A stretch of DNA of 64,000 bases from Antedon mediterranea (taxonomy: Eukaryota; Animalia; Echinodermata). Of the stretch, positions 14,696 through 26,961 are shown piece by piece; within the stretch, counting starts at the first letter, position 1, and each line of letters opens with the position of its first letter. The notes beneath the pieces are model-generated. The model had not been told where the DNA came from. It saw only the letters and a program-made list of their open reading frames with translations, and did not search any database. Position numbers and translations under genes: made by a program. The stretch spans positions 2,294,001 through 2,358,000 of the forward strand of contig NC_092680.1 of NCBI RefSeq assembly GCF_964355755.1, written 5' to 3'.

Positions 14696-15040
14696 TTAGA
14701 AATGACCACTATCAAACATTAATAAATTCATCCATTTTTCTGATTAGTTTGATAGTGTAAACAGAGCTTTAGAAATTACCACTATCAAACATTAATAAAT
14801 TCATCCATTTTTCTGATTAGTTTGATAGTGTAAACAGAGCTTTAGAAATTACCACTATCAAACATTAATAAATTCATCCATTTTTCTGATTAGTTTGATA
14901 GTGTGGACAGAGCTTTAGAAATTACCACTATCAAACATTAATAAATACATCACACGTTTATTTGTCAAACTAGTTTGATAGTGTAAACAGAGCTTTAGAA
15001 ATGACCACTATCAAACATTAATAAATTCATCCATTTTTCT
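14672..15040. repeat. 73-bp tandem array (5 units) built from a MITE end plus flank
   Basis: Units start at 14672, 14745, 14818, 14891 and 14971. Confidence 0.93.
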
Positions 15041-16253
15041 TTAATCATTATTAACTTCATCATCTTCAATAGCCTACTTCATCACTACTTTATCACTATC
15101 ATCACAATCCCTCACATCACAGGCATGAATAATTGTATCACCCCACTCAACATCATCGAAAATGCTATCACTATATTTATTATTTAATGGTTAATGGTTT
15201 ATATATATAGCGCAAAAATACAAATAGTCTCTAATGCGCTGTTTACACCAAGTGTGAAAATGAAAATCTTGATGTAAAATAAATCACGAAATAACCTAAG
15301 AAAACCGAATAAATTGACCAAGACAACAGAAAAAAAAGTCCGAAAACGGAATCTCACATCACCACACTGTTTCACTAACTTGTCAAGACAAGCTAGCTAT
15401 TTATTCACAAGAGTGTCATAGTGATGTGAGCATCCGACATTGGAAACTTCATCCCACATCTTAATTATCATATTTATATATCATTGCTCATCATCTACTT
15501 CTTATTCACCACAACCAAACATCATCTTATCACTTGTTAATCAATCTACTGAAGGTAAAAGAAGTCATAAAATAATCACATTTATCTATCAATGAGAAAA
15601 CATTACATTAATTAATTTTTTAAATAAATTTCTCTTACCTTATAGTCACACAGTGGAGGCCAGGTGAAATCTGTTTATCTTGATGGAGGTGATTTTCATA
15701 TTATGTTATTTTATGTGTATTATTCATATATCATATTGGCTATGTCCAAGAACGAGTGCCAAAACGCTCTGTAAAATTACAATACGGGATCGTCAATTTT
15801 ATATTTATTTAATAGAGATATACATTTTAAATATATGGCTTTTATTCTTTGATTTCACCGGTTATCTTTTGGAATTTTGAAAGGGGCAAAGCAACAGAGA
15901 ATAAAACAATGCATCAACTTGTTATGAATATAAATTCCAATACCTTAAAACGTCTTTTAATGTAGAAAATTATACTCCAAAGAGAAGACGTAATTTATTT
16001 ATAGAACTGCTTATTGAATGTAAAGTTTAAATAGAAAAAGCAATCATTTTTCTATCGTAATAAAGACCATTGGTAGGTCTACTCGTAGTAGACACGGTCA
16101 GTATACGGTTTTGACTTGTTTTTACACATTGTTAAATACTGTAAGTAAATTTGCATAAACATACAATAGAAACTGCGCATGTGCATGTTTCTAACTCCGC
16201 CACTTTCATATATTTTAAACTTTAAACTATTTAAAAATTTCCATTATTTGGTT

Positions 16254-16316
16254 TCTAAATTTCACTCGCCCTAAAAGACGTATAATATACGTCTTTTAGG
16301 GCGAGTGAAATTTAGA
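16254..16316. repeat. 63-bp near-perfect palindrome
   Basis: 31-bp arms (TCTAAATTTCACTCGCCCTAAAAGACGTATA and its exact reverse complement) around one central A. Confidence 0.95.
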
Positions 16317-18523
16317 TTTATTTCAATTACTCCTCATTTGACGCGTTCAAATCTAGTTTCATTTTATATTGTGGATTTATTTCTAAGATCTGTATCTGTT
16401 ATGTTATAACGTAACTTTTGATGATAATAAAATATCTTAAGATAATAGGCCCTATAATTCAACCTTCCAAATCATTTTCATGGTTTCGTTAAAAAAACTA
16501 ATGTTAAAGATGTACTCAATGTTGAAATCCTGGAACACTTACTGCTTGCGAGTACACATCTGTCAAAACTGCTTGACGTAAAGTGTGATCTGGACCTGGA
16601 ATCCATCAAGGAGGGGTTACAAACTAGCTGTCGTTGAAATAGTGACGTCATAATAATCTTCAATATTATAGGCTATTGAAAGTTTTCATTTGGGGTTTGG
16701 TTTCACTAAGATCGTAATCAGAGATTGTACTAACATTGAAAGATCTAAGTTCTATATCTTTTATTATTTAACGTAATTTACAAATTTACACAATACTGTA
16801 CTGCACACAAGTTGAGAAAAAGAATAAACACGAAATAAGAAGAATCATTCTAAGGCAAAAATCAGCAAACATAGGTGGGGGAAATAACTTACAGTTTTTT
16901 TAGAAAGTTGGGGGAAAAAGTAAAAAATCTATTTAGTTTCGATGAGAAGTTAACAAACAATATCTATGTTTTGCTGATGAACTTTGTACCAGTTTAAATA
17001 AAAGAAAATGATCAATCTATCAATCTTGAATCAATATCAAACTGTAAAAATCTACCTTTTCAACTTTTTCGCAGATGTTCAGAATTTTATAGCTGTTATA
17101 ATTATACTGGTATATATTTTATATATATTTTTTTATTATATTTCAAAAAGAAATACGAATTTATTCTCTTAACGGTGGTATCAAATCCGGGTTAAGAAAA
17201 GTTACTAAGAATACTCTTAATATACATCTAAACCTTGTATAAGGTGAATTTAAGTATAGCCTGATAAGAATTGTCCTATTAAATAAGAATCAACAGAATT
17301 GGTGCAAGGATGAAATGTCTTTAAGATACAATATGTCTTATTAACAATACCTATTAAACATTTTTACAGCCATAAATGTGCATAAGTATTGCTTCAGAAC
17401 GGACATTCTGCTTTGGGCGTGTCGATCAACCCATTTAAAGTCTCTTTTACTTTACAGGTATGTGCAGATTGATATTGTCCACATTATGTCACTATTAGGA
17501 TGCTGTTTAATTTATTTCTTGGGTTGATTGAACGGTGAATTGTTAAAACACTGATTTAACTTTACTTAGTAAAATATAACATTATTTGTTTAGGCCTATT
17601 CGTAATAAACTAAAACAAATTCTTTAAATTAAAATAGGACTATCTACAAATAAAAAAATAAGCATTAATTTAAAATAAAGTTGTTTTGTCATTTTGTTTA
17701 ACGAAAACAGAAACAACTTTGAGCAGCTCAGGGATATAATGTGTGTAACACCTTATTGCTCTACGACATTCAGACTAGCTGGTAAATAATAAAGATGTTT
17801 TCATTTTTAGTCTACTGTAAACGATCCGTACATAACATTGGGTACAAGATACAAATAAATAGTATTAGTTAAAATAATATTTGCTATATTGATTGGCCTA
17901 CATGTGTATTTAAAGTAGCGAACACAAAGAGCACATGAGGACTCAACAAGTCAGAAATGTCACCCCTGTCCTAGTTTACAACGCCACACCATACTGTAAT
18001 GTATAGAACAAAGTGTCAGAACAATTATATTTGTTGGTTTGCAGTTATTGCATTAATACGTACGGACTATATGAGGAATAGTGTTGTGTACAATCATTTC
18101 GGGATGTGGCTTGCTTCACAAAGTATGAATTACATCATTTAATTATCCATTGGTATCAAAACATGTAGCGGTGGTAACTGAACAGTTGGACCTGTGTGTG
18201 AAAAATCTTAACTCAAACACAACACTTATGTACTGTATACAAAAACAAGGACGAATTTTGAAAAGCGAACATTATTTATTTGTTCTGGTATAGTTATAAA
18301 AATCTTTACAAAAACTACATCAGTAGAGATTTAAAAGTCTACCAATCAATTGGTAACTGTTGTAAACTCTACAGAATGTGTATGGATCTTTTTTTATATT
18401 TTATTTTCCTTTGCCTTCCCATGCCCCTTACGCTTGCTATTCCTTGGAAGTGACCATTTACTCTGGACTGTTTTTTCTTATTTCATTATTATTTCATTCT
18501 TACTCTTTGCCTTTTTTATTTAA

Positions 18524-18859
18524 AGATATATTGTCTCAAACCAACTTCCCCGCCCCCCTCAATTTTTTTTGGAAAGATTTTTTTTTAATAATGCCATTTT
18601 AATGTCACATAATAGGTATTCATTTTCATAAAAACGGGATCGACAAACAATTATTTACCTGAAAAAGTGTAATTTAAATTCTGTCAGACAATGGTTTTTG
18701 CTTAAAATTAAACGGTTCTTTTGTTTTTTTATTAGTGAAATCATTATCTTTTGTTTTTTTTAAAGAAGTGAATAATTTTATTAAAACTGTAAAAAGGTCT
18801 ATTTAAAATCTAAATTTATTAATCTTAATTTGTTCATGTTTTTGGGGGACAATACATCT
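18524..18859. mobile_element. Kolobok-like non-autonomous element (TTAA TSD)
   Basis: TTAA|AGATATATTGTC...GGGGGACAATACATCT|TTAA. AG...CT termini with a TTAA target fit Kolobok. Confidence 0.78.
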
Positions 18860-19176
18860 TTAATAAGGGTGAAAAAAGTAGGCCAACAACAACAGTTACC
18901 ATATACACAAACATAGGGGATAATGAGTAATGCTGGTATAAATGAATATATATATGAAATACGTCTAGACTTCAGTAGATAATAACATTTTTCTTTCGAA
19001 AATACCATATTTAGTCCTTGATTTCATATTTCATATTTAAATTCATTCTTTCACATATACATATGTGATAAATGAATAAAATATCGCTAATCAACGTCTG
19101 ATCCAAAAAAAAAAATATTTTAACTTATAGAAACAAAGACTTATTAACTAAATAACCAATCAATATTCAAGCTCAT

Positions 19177-19461
19177 AAAGAAAAGTTACAAAAGGAAAAT
19201 CAGGTGTGAGCAGTGTGAACACGGTTTAATATAATAGTTTGTAGAAGGCCTACATACACGTATTCCCAACGCATTGAGTGATGATATAGTGTGAAACCAA
19301 TTTTCGGTGTAAGAAAAGTTACAAAAAGTAAATCAGATAGATCTAACTTTTGAGCAGTGTGAACACGGTTTAATATAATAGTTTTTTTGTATAGGCCTAC
19401 ATACAAGTATTCCCAACGCATTGAGTGATGATGTATTGTGTGAAATCAATTTTCGGTGTAA
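19177..19461. repeat. Tandem duplication of ~135-150 bp
   Basis: AGAAAAGTTACAAAA...TGAGCAGTGTGAACACGGTTTAATATAATAG...CAATTTTCGGTGTAA occurs twice. Confidence 0.9.
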
Positions 19462-20339
19462 TCGACAAAAGAGAGAAATAAATATATTCGTCACCTTTCG
19501 TCCAGACCTGGGCAAGTTAGACAAAGAAATGCTGACGAAAGGTAACCTTATGTTCAGCCGGCTGATAATCGCACATTGTTGTATGTGTTATATAAACATA
19601 TGTGTTAAAAAATTCATTTAAACTGCATAATGATTATTAAAATACAACACCGGCGTATATTCATAGAAACACACATATCACACGAAGGTATAACACGAGC
19701 GAGAACCTGTGAACATTATAAGGAAAGTATGGTTATAATGTTTTCAATTCCATCACACTATTTCCAAACACAATTGAATGTCCGATAGAACAATTGCCAT
19801 CAGAAAAAGCGGGAAACAAACAATAGACGCTTTGATGTACATTTTCTGATGGCATGTAGATTTCGTATTGATTATCGATAAGAATTGGTTTTTATTGACT
19901 GCGATAGAAGCGGTAAACATAATGGAACACGCACCACCCCGGGGCACCACCATATCACTCTGATCGGTTCTCAAGAAATAAAAGTGACGTGCAGCTATAT
20001 TCCCCTAACGGACACCGAAAACATCTTTTGTATCACTTTAGTGCGATAATGACGACAACGGTTATATAAAAAGGTAAAGCGCGAAAATTAATCTGAATTG
20101 GGCCGGCCGCTTCGTGGTGTAACACGGCATTGACGGCGAGTAAAATTCGCGTAAACATGTTTCCAGAGACTATGTAGCGGGAGCTTGCGTTGTGCTCATA
20201 GAAAGTAAACTGGTAACATTTTAGATCAACACATATTAAAGGCCTACATATTTTAAAGTAGGCCTACAACGCATCACATTTTAACTTTACGAAAAGAAAC
20301 TTTCTGAAAGTTTTTGTAAGATCTAATGATTCTACTTAC

Positions 20340-20505
20340 CTTTTTTACTCTTCTTATGACGTCAGAACGAATGGCATACGGATTGATGCTTCTGCCATTT
20401 TCAGTCGTATAAAAACTAATAGATAGTCGTTATATCTCCTACAAGATGAGTCTTACTTCTAATATATATATTTCGCACAATCTCCTGACCTCATTCGGCC
20501 ATTGG
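20340..20505 (-). promoter_or_regulatory. Candidate promoter and non-coding first exon
   Basis: Minus strand: CCAAT (20505-20501), TATATA (~20470), CRE TGACGTCA (20357-20364), consensus donor AAG|GTAAGT at 20339. CpG-rich region at 19650-20200. Confidence 0.45.
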
Positions 20506-23500
20506 TTTCAGAGGGAAACATGTTGTCAACTTGGATTGAACGAATGAACTTATTGATAACATAAAATTTATGTATTTTATATACGTCCATCAATATATTG
20601 TCCATTCGTCTATTTTATCTTCTGCTAATATATCGTAAATTTAGAACACACAAATCCTTTATCTTTACAGCCATTCACCCCGATTTGATTACCACAGCCA
20701 AGAAAACATAGAAATGACATGCAATAACTGTACAGTATTATGATAGAAACAATGTCGTTTATATGTTGTGAAAGGGAGTACAGTATAAAGTTTGCATAAT
20801 TATGTATTAATAATTAACTATAATATAATGTGGTTTTTTTTTCATAAAAATATTGGAACTGCGGGAAATTTATAAATTCTATTCCATTATTGTTTAAAGT
20901 TTAAAAGGAAGTAAAAAAATGTTATTTTTTAATTTGAAAAAAAAAATAGAAAAGGGTAGATAAAGAGGTAAATAAAAAGATTGAAAGAATAACAGAAAAA
21001 TATGAAAAAAAAAACACATTATAGTATAGAGAAAAAGATGGTTAATATAAGGTATACTTTTTTGAAAAATCATTGGTGGAATTTTCAGTAATAAACTGAT
21101 ACTATTACTTGTATGCCTGCTGTAAAAAGTGAACAAAACAAATGCTATAAAATGATTATTAATGATGCGAAAAACAAGTATAATGGACAGAATAAAATAA
21201 AAGGAAATACCAGCTGACGACGATTCACTCGACCACCATGGCTCACGCACGGAAAAGTTTTTTTAGTATTTTTGTCTGCAAAAATGGAAGAAATGTTTAT
21301 TGTCCAATTCTGTGTTTTACCAAAACAAAGACAGATAAGTAGATAGGAAATGGGTAATAATTAGTTAATCTGTTGCTAAAAATTAAAATGAGAATAGAAC
21401 GACATAAAAACGCGCAATTTTACTTAATGAGAACGTCTGCCCCACACGCGAATTACGCGTTTTTCATTCGTTGTTGATGACTCGCCAAAAGAAATGAGAG
21501 TGCGTTTGATTTATATCATTACTTTAGGCTACCATCATGGTCATCAACAATGGACAAGTGAGAAAAATTAATGTTTGTGGCAGGTGAAGAATGATGTGGC
21601 GAGTTGTCAGGCGAGACATCATGTAGATGTTAAGCCTCAATAAACCCTTTCATAGGCTCCATAGTCATCGTGAAATGGAAATGGACAATTCGATTTACCT
21701 TCAATCATATGACAACAAATAGTCTGAACGCAATGTCCAGATGATAAAAACAGTAATTTTACATTTTATCATTCACAAATTTCCTGTATTTATTTTTTTT
21801 TACGTCAAACTCCTAAACAGCAGATATGGATCAATTAAGACCTAGCTAAATGAGTCATTCACTGAGCTATCAACATATTTATGTCGCCGTTTGCCTTCCA
21901 TAATTACTTTACTTACTCTTTAAATAAAGGCGGTAATTATCACATTGGAATGAAGATTAAGATGCACATGTAGGCATAAATGATACGAATACATAATTTT
22001 ACGCGCGCGTACAAAAGTTGTAACCACTATTATCAACATGTCAGCGCGTACCTGAACTTCTGTTAAATATACTGTAGGCGTAAAAGTGTTATGATAGTTA
22101 GTAGCATTGTATTTAAGAGCATCTTGTTTTTCAATAACAAGAGTACAATGCGTTTTGAAGGGCCTACATTAAATCAATTCAAATTATTTAAACTTTCATT
22201 CTTCCATCTTTTTAACCTAAATTTTACACGCATGTAGGTAGATGATTTGTTTAATACAGTAATCACTAAAGTTTTCAAATTCTATCAGCAATTTCATAAT
22301 TATTTTTGCATGGCGTGCCATAATGTTTTCTATTGAGATAACGCAATCTGAGTGAAATCAGTAATATAAACGCCAGACAACACCTCGATGGACAGTTTCA
22401 TCATGAAAATATATATTTTGTTCGTCGGTGATCTAAAGTATTGTCCAGTATAAGCCGTAGGCGATTCTAGCGTATCTATCGAACGATAGTAGAGAAAAGG
22501 AATCATGTCGTTATACAATCCAATATCATTTAGTTTAGTTTTCTTTTTGGTTCAACAAAGAAACTTGTGTACAAGCAGCTGACCTACTTTTAAACGCGGG
22601 ATTTCATGTATAAAAAATAAAAGCATTAAATATAATACATTCAATGTATTAAATGATGGAGAATTATTACATGCAATGAAAAAGTTACGGTCGCTTGTCT
22701 TCATACCTTCAAACGTTACTGAAAAGTGTGGGAGTCATAATTACCATATTACCCATAACACCTGCTATTTAACAAACAATTCTAGTTTTGAAACTTATCT
22801 ATTCAACTGTTGTCTGCTATTTAAGACAGAATTTTAAAACGTCTTTTTAATAATGTAATGACTTGTTTTCGGATATTAAATGGTATAATATTGGTATATA
22901 TATATATATGGGGTGGACTGTTATATCCTAGAACAAAGCTATCAAAACTAAAGAGTATTTTCATTTAATTTATTTCGTCTTTTCATCAAATAATACTAAT
23001 TCATACTTTTAGATTCAAAATGTTAGTTTATTGATATCATGATTAAATTGATAAAACCGTTGGCATGCTGGGAATAAACCCATTCGAGAATCACGGCAAT
23101 TTATCGGCATTTTTAAAACGGCGTATGTTGATCACTATTTTAGTTTAAGATACAAAATGTAGGCCTAACTTTTTTGTAATATAAATAGTATTGTAGAGCT
23201 GTTTATGTACGTTAAAACACGAATAGGCGTAGTAGGCCTAGTTAAATATAGTAGAAACCCTTCTCTTTTCAGAGGACAGCCGCCCTATTGAGGGGAAACT
23301 TTCCCGTAAAACAATACATGTCCCATACCCCTACTAAAAGGATTGTTCCCAAATGTGCCACCTTAATATGGGTTCTGTATAACACATACATGTATAAAAC
23401 AATTATACTATTTTTAGACAAAATCAAAAGAAGCAACAACCAATTAGGCTATATATACAATCAAACAATCATATCCAAAAACATATTAGGCCTACTATAC

Positions 23501-23560
23501 TTCGGTATGTTAAAAGCACAACATACTATCAAATTATGATATCGAATAAGTGCCCTGTAA

Positions 23561-23636
23561 CCGCGGCAGATATAAATATATGCCGCGGAAGATATAAATA
23601 TAATGCCGCGGCAGATATAAATATATGCCGCGGCAG

Positions 23637-23667
<31 letters not shown>
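23561..23667. repeat. 22-23-bp minisatellite x4 (TGCCGCGGCAGATATAAATATA) ending in (AT)n
   Basis: Visible tandem units with a palindromic TGCCGCGGCA core. Confidence 0.92.
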
Positions 23668-23668
<1 letters not shown>

Positions 23669-24920
23669 TCATGAAATACGCCTCTTTAGATTCATTTTAC
23701 AAATTTCAACACGCCTGAAACTTGCAACAATGTTATAAACCGCGCGGCGTTTTCCTATTGCAGTTAAGGTACTAAAACACACATACTATGAAGTATGAAT
23801 TTGAAAGACAAGGTTGGAATGTAAATACACTGAGGTAAGTGAATGGCTATAGGTATAGTTATTCTGATAATAATGTCTATACATTATGCAAATTAATTAT
23901 CTGTGACATCACAAAGACAAAACCCTATGCGCGCGTCCCAAGATTGGTGAAAACGATGCGCGTAAAATTTATGTTATGATAAAATCTTTCATGGTCAAAA
24001 GGGATAAAAAATGGAGTTTATTTAGAAATTAAGACATGTTTTAATTTGGAATTAAATAATATAAATAATTTTTATGATGTCATTATCAAACTACTAGTAC
24101 TGGTAAAATATAAAGGTTTTAAAATAGATTGCACTTATCTGGCTATTTGTGATCAAAAATTAGTATTGGATTATAAATAATTGAATATCACAGTCAAAGC
24201 TAAAAATAACATCAATATTAAATCCTCTTATTATGTCATAAATATGCAATTCATATATCAACAACCTATTTTGCCTCTATCATTATAATCTACATAAAAA
24301 TAACCAAAAATTGGCATCGTAATCTATACACAACAACTAACATCATGATAACCACCACGACGATTATGCCTGCTACAACGATTTAAAATATAGTATTTAC
24401 ATTTCATTGAAATGGAAAATTATTTAACAAAAATGCTGTTGCAATATAAACTAAAAAGGAAATGCTGTGGAAGTTTGTACATTTCATGAGTCAGGGGCAA
24501 GTCATAATGTCACAAACAACATATTCAATAACCAAACCAGGATTAGCTGTCAGTCACAAAGACTTTAACCCAAAGCTGTGAATGTAAGGCTCTAACAAGC
24601 AGCGGCACTCATTTTACCAAGTTTATAAAGTGTCTGTTACTGACATTCACCAACATTAAATGACATTGTCGTGATGGTTGAGGGTCGAACTCAAATGATA
24701 GGTTTGAATGTGTTAGCTACCCTCATGATAATCATTAAAATAAGCAGGATGAATGGAGATTATGCCAGTCGAACACAGCATCTCACCTAACATGCATGTC
24801 ATCAAACAAGGGGACAAACCCCTCCCCCACCCCAGTTTCTTTTAGTATACAAAGCTGGCTATTATAATAATACATCAACATGCAATGGAAACAGACAGTA
24901 TGGTGAAAATATGTAAAAGT

Positions 24921-25175
24921 GGAGTTGTGGCTTGGTGGTTATGATGCTTGGCTACCATTTCAAGGGTCCTGGGTTCAAGTCCCGTCACATGTCAGGATTT
25001 TTTCTAAGGACCAAATTACAACTCCACTCCCAAAGACTTGTAATAAGACTTTGTTTATGTAGAGCATCTTGTGTATATATTTGTCTTGTGAACCTCTGAG
25101 GGTCCCTAATGATCAGCATTAGCTGGATGGATCACCCTCATTAAATATGGTTGTTAAAAAAAAAAAAAAAAAAAA
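24921..25175 (+). mobile_element. tRNA-derived SINE, apparently full length
   Basis: Pol III A box TGGCTTGGTGG (24928-24938), B box GGTTCAAGTCC (24972-24982), 3' stem-loop GAGGG...CCCTC and a 20-nt poly(A). No clear TSD. Confidence 0.8.
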
Positions 25176-25447
25176 CACAATTGAGAAATGCCAAAACTAC
25201 TCAAGTAAAAATTCAATTAATTATTGCAATGAAGGAGGAATTAATTTAAGTATTCAATCTGCAGTAGAAGTGGAATATTGTAATATTGTAATCAAGCAGA
25301 AGATTCTGGGTTCAAATCCCAGTGTTTCTTTATTTTCCTTCATTTTCACTGATAATTTACACATTTTTTGGAAATTTCCAGTATATCACTGGGCAGTTTG
25401 GAGTTGCATTGTTAAATATATATTTATACATTTTTGTTAAAAATAGA

Positions 25448-25453
25448 TTTATT
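25448..25453 (-). terminator. Candidate polyadenylation signal AATAAA
   Basis: AATAAA lies 1 nt after the stop codon (TGA T AATAAA). The hexamer is common by chance in AT-rich DNA. Confidence 0.3.
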
Positions 25454-25454
25454 A

Positions 25455-26540
25455 TCAAGGTTTGTCTTCTTTTTTTCTGACTGATTCATGTAGATCCCAC
25501 AGTCCTGTTTTTGTACGCGATTGCCAAGATGATGCGGAAGAGAACGCAGGTCTGCTGCCATTTAAACTGAGTGGTTTCCTCGCCATAAAATTCTTACTAG
25601 TTCTTTCAGCTTGATGTGCATGGTTCGACGATGAACTTGATTGAGAGAATTGCTGTCTTATGCTTTCATTTGGTCTTGGATAAGGATTAAACTTTTGTGG
25701 TGATTTAGGGTCAAAGGTTAGTGGATTTTTTTTAGAAGGTACACGCTGTGATAGGTTAAAACGGCCATAGAATGTATGAGCTTTTGTTAACTTGGGAGGC
25801 TGGTGCATGGCAGGATGCTTATGGGTACTTATGATGTCGCCTACTGGACTGCCTTGCAGACGGACTTTTGTAACTCCATAGCTGGTCGTCTTCTTTGCTG
25901 GTCTTTTAGGTGGTACAAAATTATCCATGTACTTAAAATCTACAATACCAGATTTGCTAACAGTGTGCTTAACATCTTTATCACTATTAGATGCTGTAAA
26001 TGTTTTAGAACGTGGCATTGGAGGTGCCTTGGGTCGAACATCAGGTTTCCTTAACTGCCTTGGATGACCTTTCTCTAACTTAGAAGTTGCTTTAGCTTTA
26101 AAGTCTTCTGGCTTAGCAAGAAAGATACATTTGTTGTCTCCAGTTGACTTTGTGTCCAATCCCTCATCAATATTGACTCTTTGCCTGCTCTGGTCCTTTG
26201 CAGATAAGTTTGTGTCCAAACTTTTTGGTTCATAAAAAACTCTTTTGCCATCTCCAGTTGTGTCCAAACTGTTTGGTTCTTCAAGGAAGGAGTTTTTCAC
26301 GTTCCAAAACCGTAAAGAATTATCATCATAGCAAAAGATGTTTGGCTCTTCAAAATCTTTAGACCGTTCCTCCTCCAGACTAGAACTTCTATGATGTTGG
26401 ATAGTACTGTCTAATGGTGTAAAGGGTGCTGGTGTGGGTGCATAAAATTCCCCAAGGCTCAAAACAGTTTTTTGTCTGTCTATACTTAGGTTAGCTCTAA
26501 GCTTATTGTCATTTCCACATTTCTCTTCAAGCTTTAAATC
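25455..26540 (-). CDS. Terminal coding exon: 361-aa S/K/P-rich, probably disordered C-terminal tail of the RCC1-repeat protein
   Basis: Acceptor TTATTGTAG ends at 26541. The frame is open from DLKLEEKCGND into the 335-aa track ORF (25455..26462) and ends at TGA 25457-25455. By far the longest ORF in the window. Contains an internal repeat (EPNSLDT/EPKSLDT/EGLDT). Confidence 0.88.
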   Translation of the reverse strand, partial: DLKLEEKCGNDNKLRANLSIDRQKTVLSLGEFYAPTPAPFTPLDSTIQHHRSSSLEEERSKDFEEPNIFCYDDNSLRFWNVKNSFLEEPNSLDTTGDGKRVFYEPKSLDTNLSAKDQSRQRVNIDEGLDTKSTGDNKCIFLAKPEDFKAKATSKLEKGHPRQLRKPDVRPKAPPMPRSKTFTASNSDKDVKHTVSKSGIVDFKYMDNFVPPKRPAKKTTSYGVTKVRLQGSPVGDIISTHKHPAMHQPPKLTKAHTFYGRFNLSQRVPSKKNPLTFDPKSPQKFNPYPRPNESIRQQFSQSSSSSNHAHQAERTSKNFMARKPLSLNGSRPAFSSASSWQSRTKTGLWDLHESVRKKEDKP

Positions 26541-26854
26541 CTACAATAAATAAAACAGAAGAATTAATGAATACAAATTCATTAATTTTTGTTTTTAAAA
26601 TGAAAGAATTTTTAAAATGAATAAATGATAAATAAATTACAAATAAAGGTAGGCTGATTTTACAAAAAGAAACAAAGTAAAGATGGTAAATGTATTTAGG
26701 CTTCTATTTCTGAAGAAAATACTGTATTTGACTTCCATATACATTTAATCCTTTGAAAGTAAATATTGGTGGAGCAGAAGAGAAACTGTAAATATACTAA
26801 TTAACCTCAAACTTATCATGCCTCCTTAATATCAGATTTCTATGCTTAGCCTAC

Positions 26855-26961
26855 CTGCATTCTGCTTTGAGTGCTCTCAATCTCGCAAGATGATGTTGTC
26901 TCTGCATCACTGATATCCTCAACCTCTGAATCAGAAAAATCTTCCGGCCAACCTTGCCATT
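26855..26961 (-). CDS. Coding exon, acidic linker after the RCC1 domain
   Basis: Acceptor TTTTTAG, donor CAG|GTAGGC. 107 nt, phase 1/0, compatible with both neighbouring exons: EWQGWPEDFSDSEVEDISDAETTSSCEIESTQSRMQ. Confidence 0.82.

Noticed and set aside
12105-15040. CRISPR-like appearance of the 68-bp and 73-bp arrays
   Set aside because: The 'spacers' are similar or identical to each other, no cas genes are present, and the context is eukaryotic.
15639-15670. Small minus-strand exon
   Set aside because: Good donor (AAG|GTAAGA), but the acceptor lacks a polypyrimidine tract.
24921-24995. tRNA gene
   Set aside because: A/B boxes are present but there is no proper acceptor stem, and it runs into a SINE body and poly(A).
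25803-26284. Overlapping ORFs (83 aa plus strand, 69 aa minus strand)
   Set aside because: Shadow frames of the real terminal exon.
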